Source: Desulfuromonadales bacterium
Lineage (GTDB): Bacteria > Desulfobacterota > Desulfuromonadia > Desulfuromonadales > JACZKF01
DNA: 64,000 nt
Direction of reading: 5' to 3'
Assembly (NCBI GenBank): GCA_029289095.1
Contig: JARFUG010000004.1
Coordinates: 13,250 to 77,249, forward strand
The translations under genes and the position numbers were made by a program. This document shows positions 37,823-47,790 of this stretch, one piece after another. The notes beneath the pieces were generated by a model, which was not told the origin of the DNA, made no database searches, and worked only from the letters and a program-made list of their open reading frames with translations. Position 1 is the stretch's first letter; every line of letters begins with the position of its first letter.

Positions 37823-40800
37823 TCAATCCTCGGATCGCAGATCTTCAAGGGCGGTCAGAAGAACCGTAAAGGGGTGGAAATTGGCGGGAGTGATCTGGCG
37901 AACCTGCTGTTGAAGGGTGCGAAGGGAGCGCACCTTCGAGCGACGGCGGGCAAAGAACGTCTCGGGATTCCCCTCGGCCTCTCTCCAGACCCCTTTCGAG
38001 AGATCGAAGACGACGCTGTTCAGACGTTTGGTCACGGCCTGCGAGCTCAAGCGGTCCCATCGATCTCGAATCGGAACGTCTTCCATTCGCTGGAGCAGGT
38101 CTCCGATTCCGGCAAAGGAGCGGACTTCCCCGTAGATGCGCGCGACGGGATAAATGTCGTCGTCGAACTCCGACGCGATGGTCGCCACCGGGAGGAAGTC
38201 CCCCAGGTGGAGCAGCATTGCCTGAAGGCGGGCGGTTTCGGGAGAAAAGCCGTCTTCTTCGAGCTGCTCCATCTCCCTGCGCCTCAGGGACCACTCCTGT
38301 TCGGGGAGGAGGCTGGCGAGACTCTTGAGATACGACGACATCTTCTGCTTCCAGAGTTCGATCCCGTCCTGCTGGGCTGCAATATCGAGGCCGTGGTCGA
38401 GAGCCCAGAGCGAGAGGGTCGCAAGGGTGTTTTCCAGGTCGAGCAGATAGCGGTACTGACGCGCCGCGGGGACGCGGTTGTCGAGGGCGTTCACGTGCCG
38501 CCGGATGCTCTCCCCCTCAAGGACGCGATCGAAAGCGAGATAGGTCCTGACGCCCGCGACGAGCGATGCGCCGGTTCTGCGGGTCAGTGCCGCGAAAAAG
38601 GCGCTGCCGCACTGGCCGACCACGGCATTGGTGATGACCGTGGCGCAGATCTCCCTGGCCAGAGGATGGGAGGGTATGAACTCTGCGTACTCCCTCCGGA
38701 GGCGCGTCGGAAAGTAGCTCTGCAGGAAATCGCCAACCTCTTTCGATTCACACAGGTCGCTTTCGACCAGGGCCTGAAAGATCTGCATTTTCGCGTAGGC
38801 CATGAGGATGGCGAGTTCGGGCCGGGTCAAACTGCGCTCGGAACGGGCCATGACTTCCTTGGCCGAGGGGAGAAATTCCCCCCTTCGGTCGAGAAGTCCC
38901 GCATCGGCGAGCCGGTCGGCAAGCTGCAGAAAGGGCTCCACATCGTCTGCGCTGCGAAGTACATCGAGAGAGATGCACAGCCCCTGCCCGTAGGTGTTCG
39001 CCAGAACGGCCTCACAGACCTCCTCGGTCAGTTCCCCCAGAATCCGGTCCCTGTCCGGACCTGCGGCGATCACCCCTTTTTGCTGCAGATGCTGCATGAG
39101 GATCTTCAGATTGACCTCGTGATCGGATGTGTCGACGCCGGCTGAATTGTCGACGGCATCGGTATTGATTCGCCCTCCCTGCAGGGCGAACTCGATGCGC
39201 CCGCGCTGAGTCAGTCCGAGATTTCCCCCCTCGCCGACGACCTTGGCTCGCAACTGCGAAGCGTCGATGCGAAGGGCGTCGTTGGCCCGGTCGCCGACGT
39301 CATCGTTCTTCTCGGTGCTCGCCTTCACATAGGTTCCGATTCCGCCGTTCCAGAGCAGATCGACTTCCGCAGTGAGAATGAGGCGCATCAGCCCCATGGG
39401 ATCGATGGACGTGTGACGCACGCCGAGCCAGCGCCGAAGCTCTGAGGAAAGGGGGATCTCCTTGGCGCTGCGGGGCCAGACGCCACCTCCTTTGGAGATC
39501 AGCTCCGGGCGGTAATCGGCCCAGGACGAGCGGGGCAGGGAGAATAGGCGGCTGCGTTCGCGGAACGAGATCTCCGGATCGGGGTCGGGATCGAGAAAGA
39601 TATGCCGATGATCGAAGGCGGCCAGCAGACGGATCTGGCGCGACAGGAGCATCCCGTTTCCGAAGACGTCTCCGCTCATATCGCCGATGCCGATCACAGT
39701 GAACGGTTCGCGTTGGATATCCCGCCCCATTTCCCGAAAATGGCGCTTCACGCTCTCCCACGCGCCGCGGGCGGTAATCCCGAGTTTTTTGTGATCGTAG
39801 CCGTGGGAGCCTCCGCTGGCGAAAGCATCTCCCAGCCAGAAATCGTATTCTCGGCTGACGGCGTTGGCCGTGTCGGGAAGGTGAGCCGTTCCCTTGTCGG
39901 CCGCGACGACAAGATAGGGGTCCTCCTCGTCATAGGCTACCAGGCCGGCCGGGCGCACGATCCGGTCGGCGACGCGGTTGTCGGTGAGATCGAGGAGGCC
40001 GCGCATGAGGGTCCGATACGCTTCCTTCGACAGTTCCGCCCCTTCTTCGCGACTGTTCCAGGGAGTTTTTACGATGAACCCCCCTTTGGAGCCGACAGGA
40101 ACGATAAGGGCGTTCTTCGTCATTTGTGTCTTCATGAGGCCGAGAATCTCGGTGCGGAAATCGTCTGGGCGATCCGACCACCGGATTCCCCCCCGCGCCA
40201 CCTTGCCGCCGCGCAGGTGAATTCCCTCCATCCGAGCGCTGTGGACGTACGTCTCGAACAGCGGCCGCGGTGCGGGCATATCGATGATCCCGATGGCGCT
40301 GATCTTGAATGAGAAGAAAAAATCGCGGCGCCCGACACGCAGAAAGAAGTTGGTGCGCACCGTCGAGTCGATCAGATTGAAGAGGGTGCGCAGAATGCGG
40401 TCTTCGTTGAGGTCGTTCACCTCCTCCAGAGCCTGGGCCAATTCCATGCGCAGCGGAGAGAGGGTCTTCTCTTCACGGCGCCACGGCTCCTCCTCGTCGT
40501 CGCCGGGATGAAACCGCGCTTCGAAATAGCGATAGAGAAGAAGAGCGATCTTCGGATTGTTGATGAGAGCGAAGGCGACCCGGCGCTTGCTGAAAGGGGA
40601 TCCGAGCTGGAAGTCGTAATTGAGGTACCCGCGAAAGATATCGATCTGTCTCCAGGAAAGACCGGTCAGAACGAGCAGACGGTTGAGGTAGTCGTCTTCG
40701 GTCACCCCCTTGCGCAGAGCCGTCAGCGCATCGAGCAGCAGAGGCTTCAATTCCGATAGCCTCAGAGAGCCCTCGACCCCCCGGATGGAGAAGCTTTTGA

Positions 40801-42574
40801 TGAAGACTTTGCGACGCTCTACGCTCAGCGTAAAGTCAACCTCGTCGACGATGCACAGGTTGAGGTTCTCCAGAAGAGGCATCAATTCATTGAGATAGCT
40901 TTCCCGCAGGCTGTAGAACTGAAGGCGATAGAACTCCTCGCGGCTCCTGAAAGGCCCCCAGAGATCAAAAACCTCTTCACCGGATTTCAGAACCCCTTCG
41001 ATGCTGCGGATGTCCCGAAGCGCGAGGCGAGGGTGAATCAGCAGGCGGTACTCCCGTGAGAAACTCTCGGCATAACGCCGCCACGCCACCCTCCCCTCTT
41101 CTTCGCCGAAGTGACGAATGAGCAGAAGGCGCATCCTGAGCTCCCAGGGGCGGATCAGGTTCGTCAGGCTCATTTCGAGCCTGTCGAGATCGACCCTGAA
41201 CTCCTCGTCGCGGGGATGCAGCGTCACATGAAGGCTCAGATAGTCGGGTGAGATGTGAATGACGCGACTCTCGATCTTGTGTGCCCGGAAGTAGCGCTTC
41301 AGGTAGCGCTCCATCCTTCTCTCCCGTTCGACATGGTAGAACTCGCGCGGCATGATGAGCAGCAGCGTGAGGCCATGGACCGCCAACGAACGAGTGGCGA
41401 CGACTTTCACCATTCCCTGACGGTAGAGCAGCGCAAAGGAGCGCACGATCTCCATCAGTTCGCCCTCTTCCATGAAAAAGAGCTCGACCTTGGGAAAGGA
41501 ATTAAAAATTTCTACCGTTTTTCGATAGTCATGAGAGTTGTCGGGGATGCAAAGGGAATCGAGAGCCTTTTCGATCCGCCGTCGAAGGGATGGGACGTTG
41601 AAGGCCGGTTCATCCACGCTCTTCTGGGTGAATAGGCCGAGAAAAGCGTGTTCGCGCACCTCCCCTTCCCGGGTCTGCTCGCGAAACCCGAGGTAGACGA
41701 GCGGCTCGTCCCGGTGAATGGGACTGCGCCGGGCGATCGTCTCGACCACAATCGGCCTGTGCCGTCGGATGCGCTCGCGAAAAGGTCCCTCGAAATCGTC
41801 CAGAGGTCTCTGTCGGCAGCAGGTCAGTTCCTGCGGATCGGGAGGGAGCCCCATCGCACTCCCCTCCACTTCCTGGATGTGACCCCCGTTTTCAAGCCGC
41901 ACCTGCAGGCAGCGGTACGAGAAGGGAAGAAAATTACCTTTTTGAAGCCACTGCAGAAAATCCCTGTAGATGCCGAGCTCGGACGAGTCTTCGAGGCTGC
42001 GGAGGCGCTGCCGGATCGTTTCGCGGTCACGGTGGGCCAGTAAAACCGCATGGAGCACTCTTCGGACGGCCCCCTCCAGGGAGGCGATTTCTTTCGGGGA
42101 GAGGCGTTGGAGCTCGACAATGATGAACGATTCGCGCACCCCCTCAGCGCCGACGCCCCCAAGCCGAACGATCTTCCCACGACGCCGGCGGATCGAAAGA
42201 ATCGGATGCGCCAGAACGCGGTTGCGAAGGTGTCTGCGGGCGAGGAGGTTCTGCAGTGAATCGAGAAGGAACGGGGCATCGGGGGTGTTGGTCAGCAGCA
42301 CGACTCCACCGGGGGTGGCCGCGGGGACGATCCGGATCGAGATCTGCTCCTGACGCTCATCGAGAAAGCGCAGAAACTCTTCAATCCATGCGGCAATCTC
42401 GTCGGCGGGAGGAGTGTCGAGGATGTTCAGGGGGGTGTGCGCGCGAAGGACGTGGGCAAGTTCGATGAGCAGGGGGTCGTTTCTCTTCGCCAGCAGTTCA
42501 AGGACATTCTCGAGTTTCCGGGCAACCTCCTGCGGTGAAACTCCTCGACCTCGCGATTCAAATACAATCTTCAT
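37823..42574 (-). CDS. gdhB: Large (about 180 kDa) NAD-specific glutamate dehydrogenase
   Basis: 1583 aa. Catalytic block GGIRWSDRPDDFRTEILGLMKTQMTKNALIVPVGSKGGF and a long N-/C-terminal helical scaffold typical of the Bac_GDH family. Confidence 0.93.
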   Translation of the reverse strand: MKIVFESRGRGVSPQEVARKLENVLELLAKRNDPLLIELAHVLRAHTPLNILDTPPADEIAAWIEEFLRFLDERQEQISIRIVPAATPGGVVLLTNTPDAPFLLDSLQNLLARRHLRNRVLAHPILSIRRRRGKIVRLGGVGAEGVRESFIIVELQRLSPKEIASLEGAVRRVLHAVLLAHRDRETIRQRLRSLEDSSELGIYRDFLQWLQKGNFLPFSYRCLQVRLENGGHIQEVEGSAMGLPPDPQELTCCRQRPLDDFEGPFRERIRRHRPIVVETIARRSPIHRDEPLVYLGFREQTREGEVREHAFLGLFTQKSVDEPAFNVPSLRRRIEKALDSLCIPDNSHDYRKTVEIFNSFPKVELFFMEEGELMEIVRSFALLYRQGMVKVVATRSLAVHGLTLLLIMPREFYHVERERRMERYLKRYFRAHKIESRVIHISPDYLSLHVTLHPRDEEFRVDLDRLEMSLTNLIRPWELRMRLLLIRHFGEEEGRVAWRRYAESFSREYRLLIHPRLALRDIRSIEGVLKSGEEVFDLWGPFRSREEFYRLQFYSLRESYLNELMPLLENLNLCIVDEVDFTLSVERRKVFIKSFSIRGVEGSLRLSELKPLLLDALTALRKGVTEDDYLNRLLVLTGLSWRQIDIFRGYLNYDFQLGSPFSKRRVAFALINNPKIALLLYRYFEARFHPGDDEEEPWRREEKTLSPLRMELAQALEEVNDLNEDRILRTLFNLIDSTVRTNFFLRVGRRDFFFSFKISAIGIIDMPAPRPLFETYVHSARMEGIHLRGGKVARGGIRWSDRPDDFRTEILGLMKTQMTKNALIVPVGSKGGFIVKTPWNSREEGAELSKEAYRTLMRGLLDLTDNRVADRIVRPAGLVAYDEEDPYLVVAADKGTAHLPDTANAVSREYDFWLGDAFASGGSHGYDHKKLGITARGAWESVKRHFREMGRDIQREPFTVIGIGDMSGDVFGNGMLLSRQIRLLAAFDHRHIFLDPDPDPEISFRERSRLFSLPRSSWADYRPELISKGGGVWPRSAKEIPLSSELRRWLGVRHTSIDPMGLMRLILTAEVDLLWNGGIGTYVKASTEKNDDVGDRANDALRIDASQLRAKVVGEGGNLGLTQRGRIEFALQGGRINTDAVDNSAGVDTSDHEVNLKILMQHLQQKGVIAAGPDRDRILGELTEEVCEAVLANTYGQGLCISLDVLRSADDVEPFLQLADRLADAGLLDRRGEFLPSAKEVMARSERSLTRPELAILMAYAKMQIFQALVESDLCESKEVGDFLQSYFPTRLRREYAEFIPSHPLAREICATVITNAVVGQCGSAFFAALTRRTGASLVAGVRTYLAFDRVLEGESIRRHVNALDNRVPAARQYRYLLDLENTLATLSLWALDHGLDIAAQQDGIELWKQKMSSYLKSLASLLPEQEWSLRRREMEQLEEDGFSPETARLQAMLLHLGDFLPVATIASEFDDDIYPVARIYGEVRSFAGIGDLLQRMEDVPIRDRWDRLSSQAVTKRLNSVVFDLSKGVWREAEGNPETFFARRRSKVRSLRTLQQQVRQITPANFHPFTVLLTALEDLRSED

Positions 42575-42609
42575 GACCTCTCCCTGTCGGACAGAGGAAC
42601 GAAATATTA

Positions 42610-43428
42610 TTAAATAATAGAACCTCCATCGCCGGATAACAAGCGCCGCGCGCCCAGAGCCTGCGACAGACGGGCGAATTCTTCGAGGGTCAGCGTCTCG
42701 CCCCTGCGCCCCGGGTCGATGCCGTTGGCCGCCAGCACCTCATCGAGACCGTCTCCGAACCCGGCAGCGTTCAATGTGTTTCGAAGCGTTTTTCTGCGTT
42801 GGGCGAAAGCGCCCTTGACGACTTTCCGGAAAAAAGCCTCATCGTCGAGAGGAACCCGGGGGGCCTCCAGAGGTTCAAAGGCAAGGACAGCCGAGGTCAC
42901 TTTGGGGGGAGGATAGAAGGCGCCTGGAGGAACGATGGCGATGCGACGGATATCGAACCAGAGCCTGCAGAAGACCGACAGAATGCCGTAGTCCTTCGTG
43001 CCGGGGTCTGCGGCGAGACGGTCCGCCACCTCTTTCTGGAACATCAACACACAACGCCGGAAAAGGGCGCGGTGATCGAGAATCTGGAAGACGACCTGAC
43101 TGGAGATATTGTAGGGAAGATTCGCCACGAGAGTATAAGGGGGATTCGGCAGCAGATGCGGCCAGTCCATACAGAGGCAATCCCCCTCGTGGATGATCAG
43201 ACGGGGCTCTTTTCTGCTCTTGAGCCTCTCGACCAGGTCCCTGTCAACCTCCATGACATGCACCTCGGCGCTGCGATCGAGAAGGCGTCCGGTCAGAACC
43301 CCGAGTCCGGGCCCGATCTCCAAAACGCGGGAGTCCTCCTCCAGAGCGGCGGCGGCAAGAATACGATCGACCACACTCTGATCACGAAGAAAATTCTGGC
43401 CGAAACGCTTTTTGGGACGATAGGTCAT
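42610..43428 (-). CDS. rsmA: 16S rRNA (adenine1518/1519-N6)-dimethyltransferase
   Basis: 272 aa. KKRFGQNFL, EIGPGLGVLT and NLPYNISS motifs. Confidence 0.95.
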   Translation of the reverse strand: MTYRPKKRFGQNFLRDQSVVDRILAAAALEEDSRVLEIGPGLGVLTGRLLDRSAEVHVMEVDRDLVERLKSRKEPRLIIHEGDCLCMDWPHLLPNPPYTLVANLPYNISSQVVFQILDHRALFRRCVLMFQKEVADRLAADPGTKDYGILSVFCRLWFDIRRIAIVPPGAFYPPPKVTSAVLAFEPLEAPRVPLDDEAFFRKVVKGAFAQRRKTLRNTLNAAGFGDGLDEVLAANGIDPGRRGETLTLEEFARLSQALGARRLLSGDGGSII

Positions 43429-43527
43429 AAGGCAATTTTGAATTTTGAATGTTGAATTTTGAATTGAAACCCCAACCTTGAACCTTGAATCTTGAACCTT
43501 TGGCCTCGAGCCTCCGGCCTCGGATCT
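43429..43527. repeat. 99-bp intergenic region made entirely of drifting heptamers (TTGAATT to TTGAACC to TCGGCCT)
   Basis: aaggcaa ttttgaa ttttgaa tgttgaa ttttgaa ttgaaac cccaacc ttgaacc ttgaatc ttgaacc tttggcc tcgagcc tccggcc tcggatc. Starts directly after the rsmA start codon and ends at the DUF2062 stop. Confidence 0.8.
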
Positions 43528-44016
43528 TCAGCGCGGTCTTCGGGGCCTGGGCCATCTTTGGATGCGCCAGGTGCGAAGGACCGGGAGAAAGCGCAGGGCC
43601 AGGGCATATGAAATGGCGGCGCAGATCGTTCCGAGGATGAGGCTGCCGACGGTCAGGGGCAAAAGCACCCCCCAGCCCAGATCCCTGACGATCCCGAAAG
43701 AAAGTTCCTCGGGAAGGCGCGCCCGCTCCATCCCAAGGAGCATTCGCCCCATTTCGTATTCGAGGGCGTAGATGAAAGGGGCGGTCAGGGGATTGGTCAC
43801 CCACACCCCGAGGGCGGCGGCGAGTTTGTTTTCCTTCAGAAGAAAGGCAAGAAAGATCGCAATGGGGATCTGCACCCCCATGGTCGGAGTCAGGCCGACG
43901 AAAACGCCGAGTGCGAACCCTTTGGCGATCTCGTCCGGTGAATTCCGCAAACGGATGAACCGCAGCACGTTGAGTTTGAACTGGCGGATGTAGGACCAAC
44001 GCTTCCAGATTCCCAC
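43528..44016 (-). CDS. DUF2062-family membrane protein
   Basis: Only the C-terminal 162 codons of the 348-aa ORF look real (GFALGVFVGLTPTMGVQIPIAIFLAFLL...VTNPLTAPFIY). GTG at 44016 lies just after the tsaD stop. The upstream part overlaps tsaD out of frame. Confidence 0.65.
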   Translation of the reverse strand: MGIWKRWSYIRQFKLNVLRFIRLRNSPDEIAKGFALGVFVGLTPTMGVQIPIAIFLAFLLKENKLAAALGVWVTNPLTAPFIYALEYEMGRMLLGMERARLPEELSFGIVRDLGWGVLLPLTVGSLILGTICAAISYALALRFLPVLRTWRIQRWPRPRRPR

Positions 44017-44026
44017 GGCGACTCCG

Positions 44027-45049
44027 TTATGAACGCGCAGGTCCGACCTGGTCGAGAGGCCAGTTCGCCGCCCCGTTGAGATCGAGAGAGGCTCTCTCTC
44101 CCCGGCTGAGGTAGAAATCTCCCGCGACGGCGAGCATCGCGGCGTTGTCGGCGCACAGGATGGGAGCCGGGAAATGCACAAGGAGGTCGCGCTGGGCGGC
44201 AGCCGCTGCGAAGGAGGCCCGCAGTCCGCTGTTGCAGGCGACGCCTCCGGCCACGACGATCCTTGAGAGCCCTGCCGCTTCGGCGGCTCGAAGGGTCTTG
44301 ACGGTGAGCACCTCGACCACCGCCGCCTGGAAAGAGGCCGCAAGGTCGCTGAGATGGTCCCCCGAGATCGGCTCACCCTGGCGGCGCACGTAATTGAGAA
44401 CGGAGGTTTTGATTCCGCTGAAGCTGAAGTCGTAGCCTTCCTGATGCAGCAGAGGCCGGGGGAAGTTGATGGCGCCGGGATCTCCCTTGGCAGCCAGGCG
44501 ATCGATGACGACGCCCCCCGGATATCCGAGACCAAGCAGCTTTGCCACCTTGTCGAAGGCCTCCCCGGCCGCATCGTCGAGGGTGCGTCCGAGAGTGGTG
44601 TAGCGCCCTATGCCGTCCACCCGGTAAAGATGGGTGTGCCCTCCTGAAACGGCCAGCGCCAGAAAGGGAAATTCGATCTCGCGCTCCAACAGGGGCGCAA
44701 GGATGTGCCCTTCCATATGATGCACCCCGATCAGGGGAAGATCGAGAGCGAGCGCCATCGCCTTGGCGGCGGAGATCCCCACCAGCAGCGCCCCGATGAG
44801 TCCGGGTCCCCGGGTCACGGCGATACCCTCCACATCGTTCAAGGTGATGCAGGCCTTCTCGAGGGCCTCATCGACGACGACGGAGATCGCTTCGATGTGC
44901 CGGCGCGATGCCAGTTCGGGGACGACTCCGCCATAGCGGGCATGTACGTCGACCTGGGACGCGATCACGTTGGAAAGGACCTGACGCCCGTCCCGCACCA
45001 CCGCCGCGGAAGTCTCGTCGCAGGAAGTTTCAATCGTCAGTAGAAGCAT
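44027..45049 (-). CDS. tsaD: tRNA N6-adenosine threonylcarbamoyltransferase
   Basis: ATG at 45049 (MLLLTIETSCDETSAAVV). HHMEGH and GGVACN motifs. Confidence 0.95.
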   Translation of the reverse strand: MLLLTIETSCDETSAAVVRDGRQVLSNVIASQVDVHARYGGVVPELASRRHIEAISVVVDEALEKACITLNDVEGIAVTRGPGLIGALLVGISAAKAMALALDLPLIGVHHMEGHILAPLLEREIEFPFLALAVSGGHTHLYRVDGIGRYTTLGRTLDDAAGEAFDKVAKLLGLGYPGGVVIDRLAAKGDPGAINFPRPLLHQEGYDFSFSGIKTSVLNYVRRQGEPISGDHLSDLAASFQAAVVEVLTVKTLRAAEAAGLSRIVVAGGVACNSGLRASFAAAAAQRDLLVHFPAPILCADNAAMLAVAGDFYLSRGERASLDLNGAANWPLDQVGPARS

Positions 45050-45054
45050 GGGAT

Positions 45055-45145
45055 CCGGGAGTAAGGAGTTGGGAGCTGGTAGTCGGTAGTAAGGCAAGAG
45101 ACGAAGATCACAATGATCTCCCCACTCCCAACTCCCAGCTCCTGA
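45055..45145. repeat. Heptamer-built inverted arms (GGAGTTG type)
   Basis: ggagtaa ggagttg ggagctg gtagtcg gtagtaa ggcaaga ... ccccact cccaact cccagct cct, between the tsaD start and the phoH-like stop. Confidence 0.7.
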
Positions 45146-45146
45146 T

Positions 45147-46463
45147 TTAAAGAAGATTCGCCGCCAGTTCCGCCAGGGGGGAGCGCTCCCCTTTGTTCAG
45201 CGTGATGTGGCCGGAGATGGACTGTCCCTTGAACTTCTCCACCACGTAGGCGAGTCCGTTGCTGGACGAATCGACATAGGGATTGTCGATCTGGTACGGA
45301 TCGCCGGTAAGGACGATCTTGGTCCCTTCCCCCGCGCGGGTGATGATCGTCTTGATTTCATGGGGAGTGAGGTTCTGGGCCTCGTCGACGATCATGAACT
45401 GTTTGGGAATGGAACGCCCCCGGATATAGGTGAGAGGTTCGATCTCGAGCAGCCCCATATCGACCAGTTCGCGGTACCCCCGCTTGCGCCTTCCGCGCTC
45501 CTCCACCGCTCCGAGCAGAAGCTCGACGTTGTCGAAGATCGGCTGCATCCAGGGCGAGAGCTTCTCCTCCACGTCTCCGGGGAGAAATCCGAGATCGCGG
45601 CCCAGGGGGAAGATGGGGCGGGAGACGAGCAGGCGGCTGTATTTTCCTTCGTCGGCCGACTTGAAGAGCCCCGCCGCGATGGCCAGCAGCGTCTTGCCGG
45701 TGCCGGCCTTGCCGACCAGAGTGACGAGCTGGATCTCATCGTCAAGTAGCATGTCGAAGGCGAACTGCTGCTCCCGGCTGCGCGGGTGTATCCCCCAGAT
45801 CCCTTCCTTCGGGGCGCGGATGAGGGGAAGCATCTTCTGCTTCGCCTTGCTGAAACGGCCGATGGCGGTGTGGGATGGATTTGAGGCGTCGATGGCGGTA
45901 ATGTACTCGTTCGGATAGAGGTCCTCTTCGACGGGGATCTCTCCCTGCGAGTAGAAGGCGTTGACCGTCTCGGCCTTCACGACGATCTCCGTCGTCCCCG
46001 AGTAGAGCTCATCGATGGGAACCTTGTCGGAGGCATAGTCCTCGGCTACGAGACCGATGGCGTCCGCCTTGATGCGCAGATTGGTGTCCTTGGTCACGAA
46101 AATGACAGGACAGTCGCAGCGCTCCTTCAACTCCATCGCCACGGCAAGCATCCGATTGTCCCCCTGGTCGCCACGCAGTTCGGGAGGGAGGCGCTTCATC
46201 GCCTCCTCGGTATAGAGAACGACCCGCAAAAAGCCGCCCCCCTGCAGCTCCACTCCCTTCACCAGCGGGTTGTGTCTGCGCAGACCGTCGAGTATGCGAG
46301 AGACGTGGCGTGCGTTTCGGCCCGTTTCACTCTGGTCTTTCTTGAACCGATCGATCTCCTCGATAACCGTGATGGGAATGGCGAGATCGTTGTCCTGGAA
46401 CTGAAAGAGCGCTTGCGGATCGTGGAGCAGTACGTTTGTATCGAGGACGAACGTTTTCTTCAT
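45147..46463 (-). CDS. PIN-domain + PhoH-like ATPase (YlaK-type)
   Basis: 438 aa. N-terminal PIN (FVLDTNVLLHDP) and C-terminal PhoH P-loop LVGKAGTGKTLLA. Confidence 0.9.
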   Translation of the reverse strand: MKKTFVLDTNVLLHDPQALFQFQDNDLAIPITVIEEIDRFKKDQSETGRNARHVSRILDGLRRHNPLVKGVELQGGGFLRVVLYTEEAMKRLPPELRGDQGDNRMLAVAMELKERCDCPVIFVTKDTNLRIKADAIGLVAEDYASDKVPIDELYSGTTEIVVKAETVNAFYSQGEIPVEEDLYPNEYITAIDASNPSHTAIGRFSKAKQKMLPLIRAPKEGIWGIHPRSREQQFAFDMLLDDEIQLVTLVGKAGTGKTLLAIAAGLFKSADEGKYSRLLVSRPIFPLGRDLGFLPGDVEEKLSPWMQPIFDNVELLLGAVEERGRRKRGYRELVDMGLLEIEPLTYIRGRSIPKQFMIVDEAQNLTPHEIKTIITRAGEGTKIVLTGDPYQIDNPYVDSSSNGLAYVVEKFKGQSISGHITLNKGERSPLAELAANLL

Positions 46464-46494
46464 AAAAACCTTTCACAAACGGGAAACACACCCA

Positions 46495-47643
46495 TCAGGG
46501 GTGCGATGCAAGGGAGGCCACCGAGGCGATGAAATAATCGATCTCTTCCGGCGTGTTGAAATAGCCGGGGCTGACCCGCACCGTGCCTCGGGGGAAGGTT
46601 CCGATCGTCCGGTGGGCATCGGGAGCGCAGTGCAGCCCCACCCGCACCGAGATGCCGTGTTGGTGGTCGAGAAGAAATCCGATTTCGGACGGATCACGTC
46701 CGGCCAGATTGAAGGAAAGAACCCCGCCATGAAAGAGGGGATCGAGGGGACCGTAAAGTTCAACTTCGTCGATCGACCTGAGCCCGTCGATCAACTGCTC
46801 CATCAATGCGCTTTCGTGGGAACGCACCGCCGTCCCCTGGGTCAGGAGGAAATCGAGCCCGGCCTTCAGCCCGGCCAGCCCCGGGGTGTTGAGAGTGCCG
46901 CTCTCAAGGCTTTCAGGCATCTGGAGGGGAGGCAGATCGGAGTGGGAATGCGCCCCCGTTCCTCCGTACATCAGGGGGAGCGGATTCAGGCCGGGACGGA
47001 CGTAGAGACAGCCCGTTCCCGGCGGCCCCATCAGCCCCTTGTGCCCGGGGACGGCCAGCAGGTCGATCCCCATCGACTCGACATTGAGCGGGAAAAGACC
47101 GGCGCTCTGCGCAGCGTCGACGAGAAAGAGAATCCCCTCGCGCCGACACCACGGGCCAATCTCTTCAATGGGCTCGACGGTGCCGGTGACATTCGAGCAG
47201 TGGGTCAGCACCACCATGCGGGTCGGTTCGCTGCAGGCTTCCCGCACGGCGGCGGGGTGGAGAAAACCCCTGGCGTCCGCAGGGACCTTGACGACCTGGA
47301 CGCCGCGCTCCTGCAGCATGCGCAGGGGACGCGTGACAGCATTGTGTTCCATGCTCGAGGTCACAACGCGATCGCCGGGACGCACAAGGCCGAAGAGTGC
47401 GATGTTGATCGCCTCCGTCGCACCGGAGGTGAAGGCGATGCGTTCAGGATCGGTCACGTGGAAGAACTGTGCGACACTCTCGCGCACCTCGAAAAGAAGG
47501 CGCCCGGCCTCGAGAGTCGGGCGGTGCCCGCCCCGTCCGGGGTTCGCTCCGATATGCCTGAGCGCATGATCGACCGCACGGTAGACCGACTCAGGCTTGG
47601 GGAAGGAAGTTGCCGCATTGTCGAGATAAATGCTTCGAGTCAT
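46495..47643 (-). CDS. Class V aminotransferase-fold PLP enzyme (cysteine desulfurase family)
   Basis: 382 aa. IYLDNAATSFPKP N-terminus and PLP-lysine block VPGHKGLMGPPGTG. Confidence 0.85.
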   Translation of the reverse strand: MTRSIYLDNAATSFPKPESVYRAVDHALRHIGANPGRGGHRPTLEAGRLLFEVRESVAQFFHVTDPERIAFTSGATEAINIALFGLVRPGDRVVTSSMEHNAVTRPLRMLQERGVQVVKVPADARGFLHPAAVREACSEPTRMVVLTHCSNVTGTVEPIEEIGPWCRREGILFLVDAAQSAGLFPLNVESMGIDLLAVPGHKGLMGPPGTGCLYVRPGLNPLPLMYGGTGAHSHSDLPPLQMPESLESGTLNTPGLAGLKAGLDFLLTQGTAVRSHESALMEQLIDGLRSIDEVELYGPLDPLFHGGVLSFNLAGRDPSEIGFLLDHQHGISVRVGLHCAPDAHRTIGTFPRGTVRVSPGYFNTPEEIDYFIASVASLASHP

Positions 47644-47790
47644 CGTGTTCCGGCAAGAAAAGGCACTCCGGCGTTACACCCGGTCGAGCGCCCCGGTCCG
47701 TACCGGTGGGGCGAATTAGACCAAACGCCACAATACCACAGCTCACTGCAGAGACTAAAGGATTTTCAAAAGGGGAGTCGATCGGAGGGA

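Noticed and set aside
43429-43527. Heptamer and other short repeats as a possible CRISPR array
   Set aside because: The units are 7 nt, contiguous and degenerate. There are no 24-48 nt direct repeats separated by unique spacers, and no cas genes.
43528-44574. 348-aa ORF and the overlapping 205-aa ORF (43382-43999)
   Set aside because: Only the last 162 codons of the 348-aa ORF look like a real DUF2062 membrane protein; the rest overlaps tsaD out of frame. The 205-aa ORF is low-complexity sequence and overlaps the heptamer spacer.
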